NCBI RefSeq assembly: GCF_009914755.1
Contig: NC_060934.1
DNA length: 64,000 nt
Source of the DNA: the human T2T-CHM13v2.0 reference genome, Homo sapiens
Strand: one strand, 5' to 3'
Position numbers and translations under genes: made by a program. Positions 62,508 to 64,000 of the stretch are shown here, piece after piece (within the stretch, counting starts at the first letter, position 1; each line of letters opens with the position of its first letter). The notes beneath the pieces are model-generated. The model was not told the DNA's origin, ran no database searches, and worked only from the letters and a program-made list of their open reading frames with translations.

Positions 62508-64000
62508 AAATCCTTTAGGCTCTGGCATATTGAAAAATCCATTTTGTAAAAACTGGCATTTTCTCCTGAGGAAGAAAGAGTGTTTAGCCCAAAGAATTCA
62601 TTCTAAGCTGAGGCATTATTGAAAATTACAATGAAAGGTCTCATCTTTCTTACCAAGTTTATGAGTGGAGGAAATAGGAAGGTGAGGACAGCAGCAGGAT
62701 ATAACTCCGTATTTTAAAGTAATTACTGACTGGGCTGACTGTAAATTGTTTAAAAATGAAATGCAAAACATTGTAACATTTAGAACTACAAAGTTTTAAA
62801 GTTATTTTAAAACTGTTCCTAGTGATAGCTAGGGTCCATCGATAGTGGGGCCTAGTATCCTTCAATAGACAAGATTTACCTTTCCAACTAGAAATAACAA
62901 TATTTCTCCCATCTACTTTGGTAAATAAAGCAAGTTTAACTCCAGCTTCACCTAATTATTTTTATCTTTCTTTTCTTCTACCTTTGTTTTTCCCCTCTAT
63001 CTACTTTTTCTCACATTTTATGTCAAAAAAGTCAGGATAGGAAGCTTCTGAGCCCTTACTTTTGCCCCTATGGGTTTTTTTTTTTTTTTTTTTTTTTGGG
63101 ATGTTAGCACATCACATCTAGCCATAACCTTAGTACATGCACATGTGCACACACACTTTAAAAGAAACTCAGTAATTTCAACACTGAAGAACTACTTCAG
63201 TTTTATTGTATTATCTACTCATAACAAATTACATTGCAATGAGAGATTTTTGCCATGCTACTAACAGAATTCTGGCTTATAATTTGGCCACTGGTGGCTG
63301 TAGCATAAAATGCATTAAAAACAACTCAGTAGCTCTTTGTAGGCATACTGTGAATGCAATGTGTGAACCTCTTGCTCCTGAAAAGATCAGACAAAGCTGA
63401 GGTTCAGGTAATTTGGAATGAAAACAATAAGAAAAAGCTCTGTTCTGTTTTGAAAGCTATTTTGTGATAGCAAATTTCTCTGATCAGTATTAAGGGCCCT
63501 GAAAAACAAGCCAGGAGGGCCACAGATCTAGTCATCTAAATATAAAGGACATACTTCATTTAGATCTCTCCCCTAACACAGGGAGAACCAAGGTTTCATC
63601 TGAATGGATGCAATGGTGTCATAGTCTTGGCGCCTTTGAAATTAACTAAATGATATTTCATACATTATTTATCAGCTTGACATGTGATTTTGCTCCTTGC
63701 ATAAACAAAATAATTTCATTGCCAACTTAGTGGCTTCGGAAACTTGAAGGGGAGCGAGGGTGAAGAGGATGCTTCAGATTCTAGTGTACATCCTGGAAAA
63801 GAAGAGAATTGGGAGTCTATACTCACTTCCTTTGCCTGCAGAAATGTCATGCTACTCAGAAAAAGAGTCTTTCAGGGGTTAAGTAAGCATACACTCTAGA
63901 AAAAAAAGAATCCAGTAAAATGGTATTAGGAGAAACCACTTCTCCAGAATTGACAGGACAAGTGAAAGAAGGCAAATGAAGTGCTAAGCCCTTTGTCCAG

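Overview
This is primate (almost certainly human) genomic DNA carrying the 3' part of CCDC6 (H4/D10S170) on the minus strand. Coding exons 3-9 are present (129, 104, 161, 157, 101, 125 and 195 coding nt), all with GT-AG junctions and consistent phases, followed by a ~4.1-kb 3' UTR ending near 6480-6500. Exons 1-2 are not in the window and should lie beyond its right edge. The rest is intronic or downstream DNA dense in transposon relics: a 5'-inverted L1PA2-like insertion, L1PA3/L1PA4-like fragments, old L1M/L2/MIR pieces, about 20 Alus, three well-defined solo LTRs (MER50-like, THE1, MLT1) and Tigger-family MITEs. I cannot support a new multi-gene system here; nearly all short ORFs in the track are repeat-derived or incidental. 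The best candidate for something undescribed is a strong cryptic 3' splice site in intron 7. It is in frame with exon 7 and would swap the Pro-rich, degron-bearing C-terminus for a 58-aa hydrophobic tail. Repeat subfamily names and literature facts are from memory, not from searches.
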